This document shows positions 11,464 to 22,334 of a stretch of 64,000 bases of DNA, piece after piece; the first letter of the stretch is position 1; every line of letters begins with the position of its first letter. The notes beneath the pieces were generated by a model. It did no database searches and was not told the DNA's origin. It was given only the letters and a program-made list of their open reading frames with translations. The DNA comes from a phage, in the sequence record PX880102.1. The stretch is one strand, 5' to 3'. Made by a program: the position numbers and the translations under genes.

Positions 11464-12642
11464 TTAAAAATATTTTTTAAAACTCATCATAACTTTATCA
11501 TCAACGTCATTATCAATCTGTGCTACAAGATAAGATGACAGTTCTACTTCTTGTGGCGCGGATTGAACATTATCAGAATTAAGATATTCACGAATCCAAG
11601 GATACGGATGTTTAACCGGAGCATCGGTAATTGGGCATGGAAGACCGCACTGTTTCATACGAGATACAGTTAAGTAATCAATAAAGCTCCACATGCTATT
11701 TGTATTTAATCCAGGAACATCGCCATCTTTAAATAAATGAACTGCCCAGTCTTTTTCTTGGCGGTTAACTTCCATGAAAATATCAACTGCTTCTTGTTCA
11801 CACTCTTGGGCGATTTTAACCCATTCATCACCATCAGTACCAAGTTGAAGTTGACGAATAATATATTGGGTGCCTTTAAGGTGAAGCTGCTCATCACGTG
11901 CAATGAACTTCATAATCTTAGCATTACCTTCCATGATTTCCATGTTCTTATGGAAGTTAAAGGTACATGCGAAAGATACATAAAAACGAATAGCTTCCAA
12001 TGCGTTGATTACGTGCAGGCAGAGGTAAAGAGATTTCATTAGCTCACGCTTCCAATATGTCTCATGCTCAATAGCATCTTCAATAACGTCTTCGTCTGCA
12101 TTAATTTCTTTTTGGTATTCGATATCAGCTTTAGCGTTTTCCCAATAACGAGTTTTAATCAGAACATCATCATAATAACGTCCAATGGATTCAGCACGTT
12201 TCATAATAGCTTCATCTAATACAATTTCATCAAATACCTTCGATGGATCAGTATAAAGATTTCGCATGATATGCGTATATGAACGGCTGTGAATAGTTTC
12301 ACTAAAAGTCCACGTAGCAACCCATGTATCAAGGCTTGGGTCTGAAATTAATGACATAAGTACAGCAGACGGCGCACGACCCTGAATGCTATCCAAAAGT
12401 GATTGATATTTCAGATTATTAGTAAAAATATTTTGCTGATACTGAGGAAGCTTATTAAACTGTGCAGCATCCATCATCAAGTTTACTTCTTCAGGACGCC
12501 AGAAAAATGATAATTGCTTTTCGGTCAAATCTTCAAAAACTTTATGGCGGTGAATATCATAACGCGCAATACCAAGACCTGAACCAAAAAACATAGGTTC
12601 TTTTAAAACATCAACTGGATTTGTATTAAAAACTGTGCTCAT
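11464..12642 (-). CDS. nrdB: ribonucleotide reductase small subunit (392 aa), uninterrupted
   Basis: diiron ligands (FSETIHSRSYTHI); continuous ORF, no intron. Confidence 0.9.
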   Translation of the reverse strand: MSTVFNTNPVDVLKEPMFFGSGLGIARYDIHRHKVFEDLTEKQLSFFWRPEEVNLMMDAAQFNKLPQYQQNIFTNNLKYQSLLDSIQGRAPSAVLMSLISDPSLDTWVATWTFSETIHSRSYTHIMRNLYTDPSKVFDEIVLDEAIMKRAESIGRYYDDVLIKTRYWENAKADIEYQKEINADEDVIEDAIEHETYWKRELMKSLYLCLHVINALEAIRFYVSFACTFNFHKNMEIMEGNAKIMKFIARDEQLHLKGTQYIIRQLQLGTDGDEWVKIAQECEQEAVDIFMEVNRQEKDWAVHLFKDGDVPGLNTNSMWSFIDYLTVSRMKQCGLPCPITDAPVKHPYPWIREYLNSDNVQSAPQEVELSSYLVAQIDNDVDDKVMMSFKKYF

Positions 12643-12693
12643 AAATTTTCCACTTAGTTAATAGATAGTGACTCGTCCATGAGTCAAATTATA

Positions 12694-14958
12694 TCATAAT
12701 TTACAGGATGAACAATCTTCAGCTTTTGGAGTTTCTATTTCATAATCATCAGTACCAGAACCATCACGGGTATTATGATAATAGAAATTTTTAATGCCAT
12801 AATACCATCCGTATAGCATGTCATCAATCATTATTGACATTGGAACCTTTCCTTTTGGAAAAATCTGCGGGTCATAGTATGTATTTGCTGAAGCTGATTG
12901 ACATACCCATTTCAGCATAATAGCTACCTGCGTAAGATAAGGTTTATTACCTTTCTTAGCTAATTTCCACGTATAATCATATAGGTCTATGTTATGCTCA
13001 ATATTGGGCACGACTTGATTAAAGGAACCCTCTTTTGATTCTTTAACAGAGACTGGTCCACGTGGAGGCTCGATACCGTTTGTACTGTTAGAAACTTGGG
13101 AAGATGACTCACATGGCATAAGTGCTGATAATGTGCTATTACGGATGCCAAAGAGCTTAAGGTCTTCCCGCAGCGCCGACCAGTCACAAACGTATTTTGG
13201 AGCTGCGATTTGGTCAATCTTTTTATTGTACCAGTCGATAGGTAATTCGCCTCGAGACCAACGAGTGTCTGAATAATATTCGCAAGGTCCTTTTTCTTTG
13301 GCGAGCTTAATGGATGCTTTAATGAGTCCATACTGTAATCTCTCAAATAGTTCATGTGTTAAATCGTTAGCATCTTCATAAGAAGCAAAGTTACTTGCCA
13401 GCCAAGCTGCATAGTTAGTAACACCTACGCCAAGGTTACGACGCTTTTTAGCTTTTTCTGCTTCAGGAACTGGATATCCTTGGTAATCCAAAAGATTATC
13501 AAGAGCACGAACTTGAACTTCTGCCAATTCATTAATTTTATCTTGGTCTTGCCAGTCAAAATTATCTAATACGAATGCAGAGAGAGTACACAATCCAATT
13601 TCAGCATCAGGACTATTCACATCATTTGTTGGAATAGCAATTTCACAGCACAAGTTACTCTGACGAATAGGTGCCTTTTCACGAATAAACGGAGTGTAGT
13701 TATTCGTATTATCAATGAACTGCACATAAATCCTTGCTGTTCCTGAACGTTCAGTCATGAGCAATTCAAATAGTTCACGAGCTTTAATACGCTTTTTACG
13801 AATATTAGGGTCTTTTTCTGCTGCTTCGTATAATTCACGGAAACGGTCTTGGTCTTTAAAATAAGAATAATAAAGCTCTCCACCCATTTCATGTGGACTG
13901 AACAAAGTAATGTAATCATTCTTTCCAAAACGTTCCATCATCAAATCATTCAGCTGAACACCATAATCCATATGACGAATGCGGTTTTCTTCTACGCCTT
14001 TGTTATTTTTCAAAACGAGAAGATTTTCAACTTCCAAATGCCAAATAGGATAATAAGCAGTAGCAGCGCCGCCACGAATTCCACCCTGTGAGCATGATTT
14101 AACTGCAGTCTGAAAATGTTTCCAAAAAGGAATAACACCGGTATGGCGTACTTCACCCATGCCAATCTTAGAACCTTCAGCACGAATCATACCAACGTTA
14201 ATACCAATTCCAGCGCGTTTAGAGATATATTCAACAATTGAAGCAGAAGCCTTATTGATAGACTTCAGTGAATCGCCTGCCTCAATAACAACACATGAAC
14301 TAAACTGTCGAGTCGGAGTACGACAACCAGCCATAATAGGAGTTGGCAATGAAATCTGTCGAGTAGATACTGCTTCATAAAAACGAATAACATGTTTTAA
14401 TCTATCAACAGGTTCATCTTGATGCAATGCCATTCCAATAGTCATAAATGCAAACTGTGGAGTTTCATAAATTTGACCAGTGGTTTTATCTTTAACTAGA
14501 TATTTTTCTTTTAATTGCATCGCCCCGGAATAAGTAAATTCCATATCCCGCTCGTGCTTAATTTTTGATTCTAAAAATGTAATTTCTTCTGCTGAATATT
14601 TTGACAGCAGTTCAGGGTCATATTTACCTTCATTTACACAGTAAGAAATATGGTCAATAAATGAACGTGGTTCATATTGTCCGTAAACATGCTTACGAAG
14701 AGCAAACATTAAACAGCGAGCGGCTACGTATTGATAATCAGGCTCTTCAACTGAAATAGAATTCGCAGCAGCCTTAATTACAATGGTTTGAATGTCATCA
14801 GTGGTCATTCCATCACGGAGATAAGATTTAATATTTTCATATAATTCATAAGGATCTACAGATGTTCCTTCAGCTGCCCAAGATAAAACTTTAATAATTT
14901 TTTGTGGGTCAAAGCTCTGAGAAACACCACTACTTTTGATAACATTAATTAATTGCAT
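12694..14958 (-). CDS. nrdA: ribonucleotide reductase large subunit (754 aa)
   Basis: 754 aa; active-site NLCCEI; C-terminal CSSCKL cysteine pair. Confidence 0.95.
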   Translation of the reverse strand: MQLINVIKSSGVSQSFDPQKIIKVLSWAAEGTSVDPYELYENIKSYLRDGMTTDDIQTIVIKAAANSISVEEPDYQYVAARCLMFALRKHVYGQYEPRSFIDHISYCVNEGKYDPELLSKYSAEEITFLESKIKHERDMEFTYSGAMQLKEKYLVKDKTTGQIYETPQFAFMTIGMALHQDEPVDRLKHVIRFYEAVSTRQISLPTPIMAGCRTPTRQFSSCVVIEAGDSLKSINKASASIVEYISKRAGIGINVGMIRAEGSKIGMGEVRHTGVIPFWKHFQTAVKSCSQGGIRGGAATAYYPIWHLEVENLLVLKNNKGVEENRIRHMDYGVQLNDLMMERFGKNDYITLFSPHEMGGELYYSYFKDQDRFRELYEAAEKDPNIRKKRIKARELFELLMTERSGTARIYVQFIDNTNNYTPFIREKAPIRQSNLCCEIAIPTNDVNSPDAEIGLCTLSAFVLDNFDWQDQDKINELAEVQVRALDNLLDYQGYPVPEAEKAKKRRNLGVGVTNYAAWLASNFASYEDANDLTHELFERLQYGLIKASIKLAKEKGPCEYYSDTRWSRGELPIDWYNKKIDQIAAPKYVCDWSALREDLKLFGIRNSTLSALMPCESSSQVSNSTNGIEPPRGPVSVKESKEGSFNQVVPNIEHNIDLYDYTWKLAKKGNKPYLTQVAIMLKWVCQSASANTYYDPQIFPKGKVPMSIMIDDMLYGWYYGIKNFYYHNTRDGSGTDDYEIETPKAEDCSSCKL

Positions 14959-15275
14959 AAGTCCTCAACTTGAAAATCGTCTTTAAACAATCGGTTAACT
15001 ATATGAGCTATTATATCACCATGACACGGCTTTGGTTTACATGTGCATCCTAGCCTCATTCCACGTAAAGGCTCTAAATGTGCTTTAGTTATTTCTCCGG
15101 ATTTAATTCGACGTATAAAATCTTTTTTGAATAATTCAATGGCAGCCTCCCGGCTGCCAGCATCTTTACCGACGTAATTTCCCCAAAATGTACCACGGTG
15201 AATATTAACATCAAAGTCGGATTTATATTTATTCACTACTCGGCATATACGGCCTGCGCGGTTGTAAGTGTTCAT
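14949..15275 (-). CDS. hypothetical protein with [12 protein letters not shown] motif (108 aa)
   Basis: ORF track; synteny with T4 nrdA.x. Confidence 0.5.
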   Translation of the reverse strand: MNTYNRAGRICRVVNKYKSDFDVNIHRGTFWGNYVGKDAGSREAAIELFKKDFIRRIKSGEITKAHLEPLRGMRLGCTCKPKPCHGDIIAHIVNRLFKDDFQVEDLCN

Positions 15276-15504
15276 ATTGTTCTTCCGTTAAAACAGTAAT
15301 ATCGTAGTAACAGTCAGAAGAAGTTTTAACTGTGGAAATTTTATTATCAAAATACTCACGAGTCATTTTATGAGTATAATATTTTTTGCCATAAATGATA
15401 ATAGGCTGATTTGGTCCTGGAACTTCTAACTCGCTTGGGTTAGGAAGTGTAAAAAGAACGGCACCAAAAGTATCTTTAAATCGTAAAATCATATATCCTC
15501 TCAA
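15229..15504 (-). CDS. hypothetical protein (91 aa)
   Basis: ORF track. Confidence 0.5.
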   Translation of the reverse strand: MRGYMILRFKDTFGAVLFTLPNPSELEVPGPNQPIIIYGKKYYTHKMTREYFDNKISTVKTSSDCYYDITVLTEEQYEHLQPRRPYMPSSE

Positions 15505-15515
15505 TTAAATTAAAA

Positions 15516-16376
15516 TTATACCGCCATCTTTCCTTTAATTGACGGATGAGATACATAGTTGTTAAGAACAAAATTATGAGGCTTTGCAAATTGACTCAAC
15601 CAAAATACCTGCGATTCTGTGTCCCATTCATCAAATTCATCTGGAAATTTTAATTGTAATTCGCATAAATCCATAGGTTCACGACGTAAAATTTCTTTAC
15701 ATTGTTCTACGTGATTCATATAGATATGAGTATTACCACCAGAAAATATCAAATCTCCAGGAATAAGATTACACATTTTAGCTACAATATGAACTAACGT
15801 AGCATATGATGCAATATTAAATGGAAGACCGAGGAAAACATCTACCGAACGTTGATACCACTGCAAATCTAAATAGCCATTACGCACATTAAACTGATAG
15901 AACATATGGCAAGGCGGTAATGCCATATATTTAAGTTCAGCTGGATTCCATGCAGAAACAATTTGACGCCTATCATTTGGCAATTTTTTAATACGATCAA
16001 CAACTTCTATAATTTGGTCTACACCGCCAAAATCACGCCATTGTTTTCCATAAATTGGACCAAGTTCACCGCTATGGTATCCTAAATCTTTTGCTTGATT
16101 TTCGTAATTTTCATCCCAAACTGTTTTGCCTTGGATTAACGAATCATGTTGAATTAATCGTAAATCATTGACATTTGTGCTTCCTGATAAAAACCATATT
16201 AGCTCAGCAATGCATGCATTCCAGGCGAGCTTTTTAGTTGTTACTGCAGGAAAGCCTTTAGTTAAATCCCAACGCAATTTAGTACCGAACAGAGCAATTG
16301 TTCCTGTGCCCGTTCGGTCATCGGTTTCATAGCCATTTTCAAAAATGTCTTTAATTAAATCTTGGTATTGTTTCAT
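15516..16376 (-). CDS. td: thymidylate synthase (286 aa), uninterrupted
   Basis: ThyA active site PPCHMFYQF; full-length continuous ORF. Confidence 0.95.
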   Translation of the reverse strand: MKQYQDLIKDIFENGYETDDRTGTGTIALFGTKLRWDLTKGFPAVTTKKLAWNACIAELIWFLSGSTNVNDLRLIQHDSLIQGKTVWDENYENQAKDLGYHSGELGPIYGKQWRDFGGVDQIIEVVDRIKKLPNDRRQIVSAWNPAELKYMALPPCHMFYQFNVRNGYLDLQWYQRSVDVFLGLPFNIASYATLVHIVAKMCNLIPGDLIFSGGNTHIYMNHVEQCKEILRREPMDLCELQLKFPDEFDEWDTESQVFWLSQFAKPHNFVLNNYVSHPSIKGKMAV

Positions 16377-16421
16377 TTAGTACCTTATATAAATTATAAT
16401 ACATTTTATGAAGCTAAATAA

Positions 16422-16769
16422 TCAATACGGTTTAGCATCAAATTTTCTCTCAATTTCAGGCGTGAAATATAATTCTTTACCACGTTTGGAAAAGCGACCA
16501 ATAATATGATAATTATTCTCATCAAACGTGATATTACCAATATCCATAGCTTTCAACCAAATATCAATATTTCTATCCAGTTTTATGTCAAAATTCCAAT
16601 ACGGAGAACTATTACCGAAAATACTGCAAGCGGATTCAGTGAAACAACTGCTATAAATCTTGTCTTTAGGAACTACTAATTGATAGACACCTTTAATAAA
16701 CTGAGGACCCTGCCACTTTGGCTGTTTCTCGTCTTTTTCTAATAGAATAGGGTAATAATTAAAATTCAT
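16422..16769 (-). CDS. hypothetical protein (115 aa) lying between frd and td
   Basis: ORF track; own short intergenic spacers on both sides. Confidence 0.55.
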   Translation of the reverse strand: MNFNYYPILLEKDEKQPKWQGPQFIKGVYQLVVPKDKIYSSCFTESACSIFGNSSPYWNFDIKLDRNIDIWLKAMDIGNITFDENNYHIIGRFSKRGKELYFTPEIERKFDAKPY

Positions 16770-16788
16770 ATTTCCGCCACGTGTTATT

Positions 16789-17611
<823 letters not shown>

Positions 17612-17627
<16 letters not shown>

Positions 17628-17971
17628 TGAAAAGGGTCATGAGCATATCCGCTAGCGTCAATCATTTTAACTAAAGTTACCATTCCTTTGTTAACTGCTT
17701 GTGCGATTTCATCAAAAACTTCGTCACTATCGTCGTAAAGGTCATTAAAAAATTCTAATACGTTCTTCTGAACTTTTAATTTACGGCCGACAATTTCGCC
17801 TACAGTAAATTCGTTTCCGCCAAATCCAGCGTAAAATGTAATTACACCCATTAACTGGCTTTCACGGGAATCTATGTCGTGTGATAAATTAATAAAAGCC
17901 GTCCCAGGCGCGGTTTTAAGTTGGCAACGAATTTTTACTTGGGTAATTCCAGTTATATGAATGTTAGACAT
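17612..17971 (-). CDS. hypothetical protein (119 aa)
   Basis: ORF track. Confidence 0.5.
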
Positions 17972-17981
17972 AATATTTTTC

Positions 17982-18224
17982 TCAAACAGACTTTTTCACA
18001 ATTTTCCAATCAGCTTTAAACTGATCAACATCAGAATGATAAATCCAGAATCCTGCGCTTTCTCCATCCTCATAAAGAGGGCATCTATCACATTCATCTT
18101 CCCATCCCATATCACGCAAAAGATGTTCAGCTTTTTCAACAAGTTCAGAATCTTTACCGATGATATTAAAATACCATTTACCTCTAACTTCTGAATCTTT
18201 AATACTCTGACGTTGTAATCTCAT
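17982..18224 (-). CDS. hypothetical protein (80 aa)
   Basis: ORF track; early promoter and leader upstream. Confidence 0.5.
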   Translation of the reverse strand: MRLQRQSIKDSEVRGKWYFNIIGKDSELVEKAEHLLRDMGWEDECDRCPLYEDGESAGFWIYHSDVDQFKADWKIVKKSV

Positions 18225-18247
18225 TTTATTCTCCTTAGTTGATAGGG

Positions 18248-18281
18248 TAATAGTATCACACTACTACCCTTCTGTAAACTA
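18248..18281 (-). promoter_or_regulatory. T4-type early promoter
   Basis: GTTTAC (18274-18279 rc), 18 nt, TACTAT. Confidence 0.5.
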
Positions 18282-18644
18282 CTTTTTGAAAGTTTTTCGC
18301 AAAAGTTCAATGATTTCGTCTACATTGTTTTCGTCAACAATGCAATGAATTTTTGTTACGCCAGAAACCTTGTCTTTGACTTCATCTTCTTCAGAAGTCG
18401 GTTCTTTATACTCACGAAAACAATGAAATTCGTCTTCGCAAACGTTAAAGTAAAAATGCTTTCCATTTGCGCATTCAATATGTTTTATTACTCTAAATCC
18501 ATCAGCAAAGAAAGCTTCTTTAACTTCAAACCATCCGCCATTTTCTTGAATAATTTTAACTATTGATGAATTAGAACGTGGGCGATAATTAATAAATGTA
18601 TCAATAAGTCTTGGAACAAGTTCATACTTTTTGCCAATATACAT
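18279..18644 (-). CDS. hypothetical protein (121 aa)
   Basis: ORF track. Confidence 0.5.
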   Translation of the reverse strand: MYIGKKYELVPRLIDTFINYRPRSNSSIVKIIQENGGWFEVKEAFFADGFRVIKHIECANGKHFYFNVCEDEFHCFREYKEPTSEEDEVKDKVSGVTKIHCIVDENNVDEIIELLRKTFKK

Positions 18645-18687
18645 TACGTTTTCCTCATTTTAACGGGCTGTAATAGCCCCTTGATAA

Positions 18688-18915
18688 TTATTGTTCAATC
18701 AATCCCATGTAAAATTCTGCGTCTTCAGAATCCATACCATCACAATATTCATTAGCCATAAAGCGGGTAAGGTCTTCAAGAGGACCTTCAATAACGATTT
18801 GAATACTCCAAAACTTAGAATCTTGCACACTTGTGATACTAAGTTCAGGATAACGATTACGAATAATTTCTTCAATGTATTCAAAATCAACGATGTCAAT
18901 ATCAACTTTAGCCAT
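18688..18915 (-). CDS. hypothetical acidic protein (75 aa)
   Basis: ORF track; first gene after the gene 32 terminator and promoter. Confidence 0.5.
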   Translation of the reverse strand: MAKVDIDIVDFEYIEEIIRNRYPELSITSVQDSKFWSIQIVIEGPLEDLTRFMANEYCDGMDSEDAEFYMGLIEQ

Positions 18916-18954
18916 ATCATTTTCCTCTTTAATCGTCAGCAGTATTGCTGATAG

Positions 18955-18990
18955 TTGTATAGTACCACAGTTCTTATAGTATGTAAACCG
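18955..18990 (-). promoter_or_regulatory. T4-type early promoter
   Basis: full conserved module AAAATTTTTTCACAAAACGGTTTACAT...GTGGTACTATACAAC. Confidence 0.55.
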
Positions 18991-19011
18991 TTTTGTGAAA
19001 AAATTTTTAAA

Positions 19012-19038
19012 ATAAAAAAGGGGACCTCTAGGGTCCCC
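19012..19038 (-). terminator. intrinsic terminator downstream of gene 32
   Basis: GGGGACC/GGTCCCC stem plus U-run. Confidence 0.7.
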
Positions 19039-19060
19039 AATTAATTAGTAATATAATCTA

Positions 19061-19969
19061 TTAAAGGTCATTCAAAAGGTCATCCAGGTCCGTGTCATCA
19101 GCACTAGATGAACTGCCAGAGCTTGAGCTCATAAAATCATCTTCAGTTTTTGTATTGAAGTCATCAACATTGAATGCATCCAAATCATCAGCAACTTTAT
19201 CAGCTTTCTTAGCGGCAGTCGCTGCAGCACCACCCATAGCAGCAGTTCCCATAACTTGACTGAACTTAGTGCTCAGCTCTTCAAACGATTTGAATTTATC
19301 TTTAGAAGTCATTTCAGAAAGGTCAACCATTTGTTCGAACAGTTCTTTTTGGAAAGATTCATCGTCAATGTTTGGAATCGCAGATTGATTCAGGAATTTA
19401 GATTCGTCGTAGTTACTAAAACCAGAAACTTGTTTAACTTTCAGTACAAAGTTAGCACCTTCCCACGGACAAGTTACATCAACCGGAGTTTCACCCATTT
19501 CAACATCAACTGCAATCATTGCATTGATTTTATCCAAGATTTTCTTACCGAAACGGTATTTAAATACTTTACCTTCATTTTCTGGAGCAGCTGGGTCTTT
19601 TACTACAAGAATGTTAGCCCAGTAAGAAGTTTTACGTTTAACAAGACCATACTCTTTATTGTCAGTGTTGTACAAATCATTTTTACTGATGTACTGACAT
19701 ACTGGGCAAGAATCGTAATCACCGTGGGTAGATGAACAGTTTTCAATATACCATTTACCATTTTTCTTGAAACCGTGATTTACAAGAATTGCGAATGGTG
19801 CTTGTTCATCATTTTTAGACGGAAGAAAACGAATTACTGCTTGACCGTTACCCGCATTGTCGAGTTTCAGTTTCCACTCGCCTTTATCTTCAGAAGAAAA
19901 ACCACCTTTATTTCCAGCCAGTTTAGCCATTTGTGCAGCGAGTTCAGCAGTAGATTTACGTTTAAACAT
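19061..19969 (-). CDS. 32: gp32 single-stranded DNA binding protein (302 aa)
   Basis: near-identical to T4 gp32 as recalled: zinc site H..C..C..C, acidic Ser/Asp-rich C-terminal tail. Confidence 0.95.
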   Translation of the reverse strand: MFKRKSTAELAAQMAKLAGNKGGFSSEDKGEWKLKLDNAGNGQAVIRFLPSKNDEQAPFAILVNHGFKKNGKWYIENCSSTHGDYDSCPVCQYISKNDLYNTDNKEYGLVKRKTSYWANILVVKDPAAPENEGKVFKYRFGKKILDKINAMIAVDVEMGETPVDVTCPWEGANFVLKVKQVSGFSNYDESKFLNQSAIPNIDDESFQKELFEQMVDLSEMTSKDKFKSFEELSTKFSQVMGTAAMGGAAATAAKKADKVADDLDAFNVDDFNTKTEDDFMSSSSGSSSSADDTDLDDLLNDL

Positions 19970-20045
19970 TTTTATTTCCTTTTTAATTTAATTAACAGTT
20001 GGTGCTATGACGATGTATGACCTCATAGCTGGTCAGTGAGATAAT
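19970..20045 (-). promoter_or_regulatory. gene 32 autoregulatory translational operator (pseudoknot plus unstructured A/U-rich gp32 binding tract)
   Basis: leader ...GCTATGAGGTCATACATCGTCATAGC...TTAATTAAATTAAAAAGGAAATAAAAATG matches the T4 operator as recalled. Confidence 0.7.
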
Positions 20046-20052
20046 TATAATC

Positions 20053-20060
20053 TATTTATA
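20053..20060 (-). promoter_or_regulatory. late promoter TATAAATA upstream of gene 32
   Basis: exact TATAAATA on minus strand. Confidence 0.5.
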
Positions 20061-20068
20061 ATAAGCAA

Positions 20069-20722
20069 TTAATACTTGCAAGATTTCACAGTTTCAATGA
20101 AAACACTTTTAGCTTTCTGCGAATCAATATTTAAAATTTTTCTATAAGCCTTTAACTTTATAGAATAATTATTCCAGACTAAATTATCAGTCTGTTCATC
20201 ATGTTTATCAATTATATTTAAAAACGAATCAAGCAAGATAAACGTCTCAAACGAAATTATATTCGATTGAAGTAGTTTAAAAATATAACTTGATTGAACT
20301 TTTGGATTATACTCAAAGATTTCTTTAAAAGCAGAAACTTCAACTTTTTTACTAAAATAATAAATGTTGCGAATATCTTCTTCAAACTTAAATTTAATTT
20401 GCTTTAAGCGTCCGATATATTCACGATAAAACACAAGTGCATCAGCGTCAGAGATGTCACCAATCCAAGCATCTTGGTTAGCAACCAGATTGCTTATAAA
20501 GATTAAAGCAAGTTCCTTTAATTTATATTTTTCTGATAACTTCTGGAAAAAATACTTATCCCTTCGCTTTTGATAAGCGGCATCAGACACCCGCATGCAC
20601 CAATTATACTTAATTACATCATACTTTCCATTCATATGCTGTTTTATCATTAAGTATAATTTATAAACTGATTTACCATCAATATATCTTTCACCACCAG
20701 CAGGCATGCGGAGTTTAATCAT
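20069..20722 (-). CDS. 59: gp59 helicase loader (217 aa)
   Basis: 217 aa; position between 32 and 33. Confidence 0.8.
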   Translation of the reverse strand: MIKLRMPAGGERYIDGKSVYKLYLMIKQHMNGKYDVIKYNWCMRVSDAAYQKRRDKYFFQKLSEKYKLKELALIFISNLVANQDAWIGDISDADALVFYREYIGRLKQIKFKFEEDIRNIYYFSKKVEVSAFKEIFEYNPKVQSSYIFKLLQSNIISFETFILLDSFLNIIDKHDEQTDNLVWNNYSIKLKAYRKILNIDSQKAKSVFIETVKSCKY

Positions 20723-21057
20723 AGTAGAAAATCTAATGTATTAGTTTTTTCACAACGAACAACAGAAGGACGTAAAAGATTTTCGTCAATAGCTTCTGAC
20801 TGAATTTTTTCAATTATACCCGAAGGAATAAATTTAGCAAATTGAGTTTCAGGAATAGAATTTTCTTCCAAGAATGCTGTTGTAGCTTCAAGATAACTCA
20901 TTCCAAACTCTTCTACCATTTTTTCAATAATAAATCCATTTTCTTGACGGTCAAGAAGCTTTGCAATTTCATCCTTTTCTTTCTTAATTGAAAGTTCTTT
21001 TTCTGAAAGACCGGTCTCATCGACCGGACGAATATCATTTAGAGAAAACTGTGTCAT
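20719..21057 (-). CDS. 33: gp33 late transcription co-activator (112 aa from MTQFS)
   Basis: size and position; ORF track 20719..21066 trimmed. Confidence 0.75.
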   Translation of the reverse strand: MTQFSLNDIRPVDETGLSEKELSIKKEKDEIAKLLDRQENGFIIEKMVEEFGMSYLEATTAFLEENSIPETQFAKFIPSGIIEKIQSEAIDENLLRPSVVRCEKTNTLDFLL

Positions 21058-21304
21058 AAAGTTCAACTACCTCTTCAGTTTCAGCTTCAAACACATCACG
21101 GTTATCTTTATGATACAAAGCTAACAGACGATTAAACATCTTGCCATCAACACCAAGTTCATCTTTGGCACGAATTCGAATATCTTTAATCAATTCATTA
21201 TAACCAGAAATTTTCAGTTTATGATCAGATGCTTCTTTAATAAATTTAGCCAAATCTTCGCCATGGATAGCTTCATCAAATTCAACCATTTCTTTTTTAG
21301 CCAT
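21035..21304 (-). CDS. dsbA: dsDNA-binding protein DsbA (89 aa)
   Basis: 89 aa; position between 33 and rnh. Confidence 0.75.
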   Translation of the reverse strand: MAKKEMVEFDEAIHGEDLAKFIKEASDHKLKISGYNELIKDIRIRAKDELGVDGKMFNRLLALYHKDNRDVFEAETEEVVELYDTVFSK

Positions 21305-21312
21305 TATTCACC

Positions 21313-22230
21313 TCAAAATTCATTAATGCTATTAGTTAATTTAGAAAGACCCGCTTTTACAAAATATGAATAAATTTTGCCACGCGGTGGTAATTTATAT
21401 GAATTATAATAATTCACAATGTTTGAAGCAATATTATCAGGAATATAATCAAAATCAATTAGAACTAAATTTTCTTTATAACGATTATATTCAGATTCTG
21501 TGAGAAGCACCTTAGCTTGATCACGGTCATTAGCAATAGCTTCGACAATAGATGTTTTCATTGAAGGAGTTCGTTCACCTTCAACTCTGGTAAACCAAAA
21601 GTCAGATCGTACTTTAACTGAAGCAACGTTATCCTTTTTGTCACCTTTAAGGATTTTAGTCATACAGTCAATTTCAGCAGAACCGCTTTTAATTTTAACC
21701 CATTTCTTGTGCATCGGTGACCATTGCTTAACATTTGGGTATTTATGAAGTTGAGTAAAGTCACCATCCGATGAAATGATTAAAATCTTATGTCCTTCTA
21801 AAGAGAACTTTTTAACAAGAACAGCAATATGGTCATCTGCTTCATACTTATCAATATCCATAACGATGTATGGCATATAAGCTTTCAGTTCATCTATAAC
21901 TTTATGACTGGATTCAAAATAACCTTCCCAGTCCCAAGTAGATTCTTCTCGTGCTTTTCCACGGTTTTTCTTATAATAATAAGCAAAATCACGACGCCAG
22001 TATCCAGATTTCGCGTTATCAATACACAGTACAATTTTAGTGTATCCAAGAGTTTTTGCTTTTTTGACATTAAACTTAATTGAGTTCAATATCAAATGAC
22101 GAACCATTGATAAATTAATTTTTTCTTTATCTGGAAAGTTTACCAAAGCAGTTGAAAGCGCAATCTGACTAAAGTCAATTAAGCAGATTCCTTCTTTGTA
22201 ATCTTCATCCAGCATCATTTCTAAATCCAT
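21313..22230 (-). CDS. rnh: RNase H, 5'-3' exonuclease (305 aa from MDLEMM)
   Basis: FEN-family acidic clusters; ORF track 21313..22245 trimmed. Confidence 0.9.
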   Translation of the reverse strand: MDLEMMLDEDYKEGICLIDFSQIALSTALVNFPDKEKINLSMVRHLILNSIKFNVKKAKTLGYTKIVLCIDNAKSGYWRRDFAYYYKKNRGKAREESTWDWEGYFESSHKVIDELKAYMPYIVMDIDKYEADDHIAVLVKKFSLEGHKILIISSDGDFTQLHKYPNVKQWSPMHKKWVKIKSGSAEIDCMTKILKGDKKDNVASVKVRSDFWFTRVEGERTPSMKTSIVEAIANDRDQAKVLLTESEYNRYKENLVLIDFDYIPDNIASNIVNYYNSYKLPPRGKIYSYFVKAGLSKLTNSINEF

Positions 22231-22259
22231 ATGAACCTCGTTCAATTAGTGAGATTTCT

Positions 22260-22289
22260 ATTATATACTATCAAAATCTTAAAGTAAAC
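22260..22289 (-). promoter_or_regulatory. early promoter for rnh
   Basis: GTTTAC (22284-22289 rc), 18 nt, TATAAT (22260-22265 rc). Confidence 0.5.
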
Positions 22290-22292
22290 AAG

Positions 22293-22300
22293 TATAAATA
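22293..22300 (+). promoter_or_regulatory. late promoter TATAAATA for gene 34
   Basis: exact TATAAATA 35 nt upstream of the gene 34 ATG; AGGAG RBS. Confidence 0.65.
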
Positions 22301-22334
22301 CTTATTATTGAAAACACAATAGGAGCCCGGGAGA

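Noticed and set aside
12643-12700. Possible promoter with TGATATAAT extended -10 and a GACTC/GAGTC palindrome at the nrdA-nrdB junction
   Set aside because: No convincing -35 or MotA box at the right spacing; could be read-through from nrdA, so not listed as a feature.
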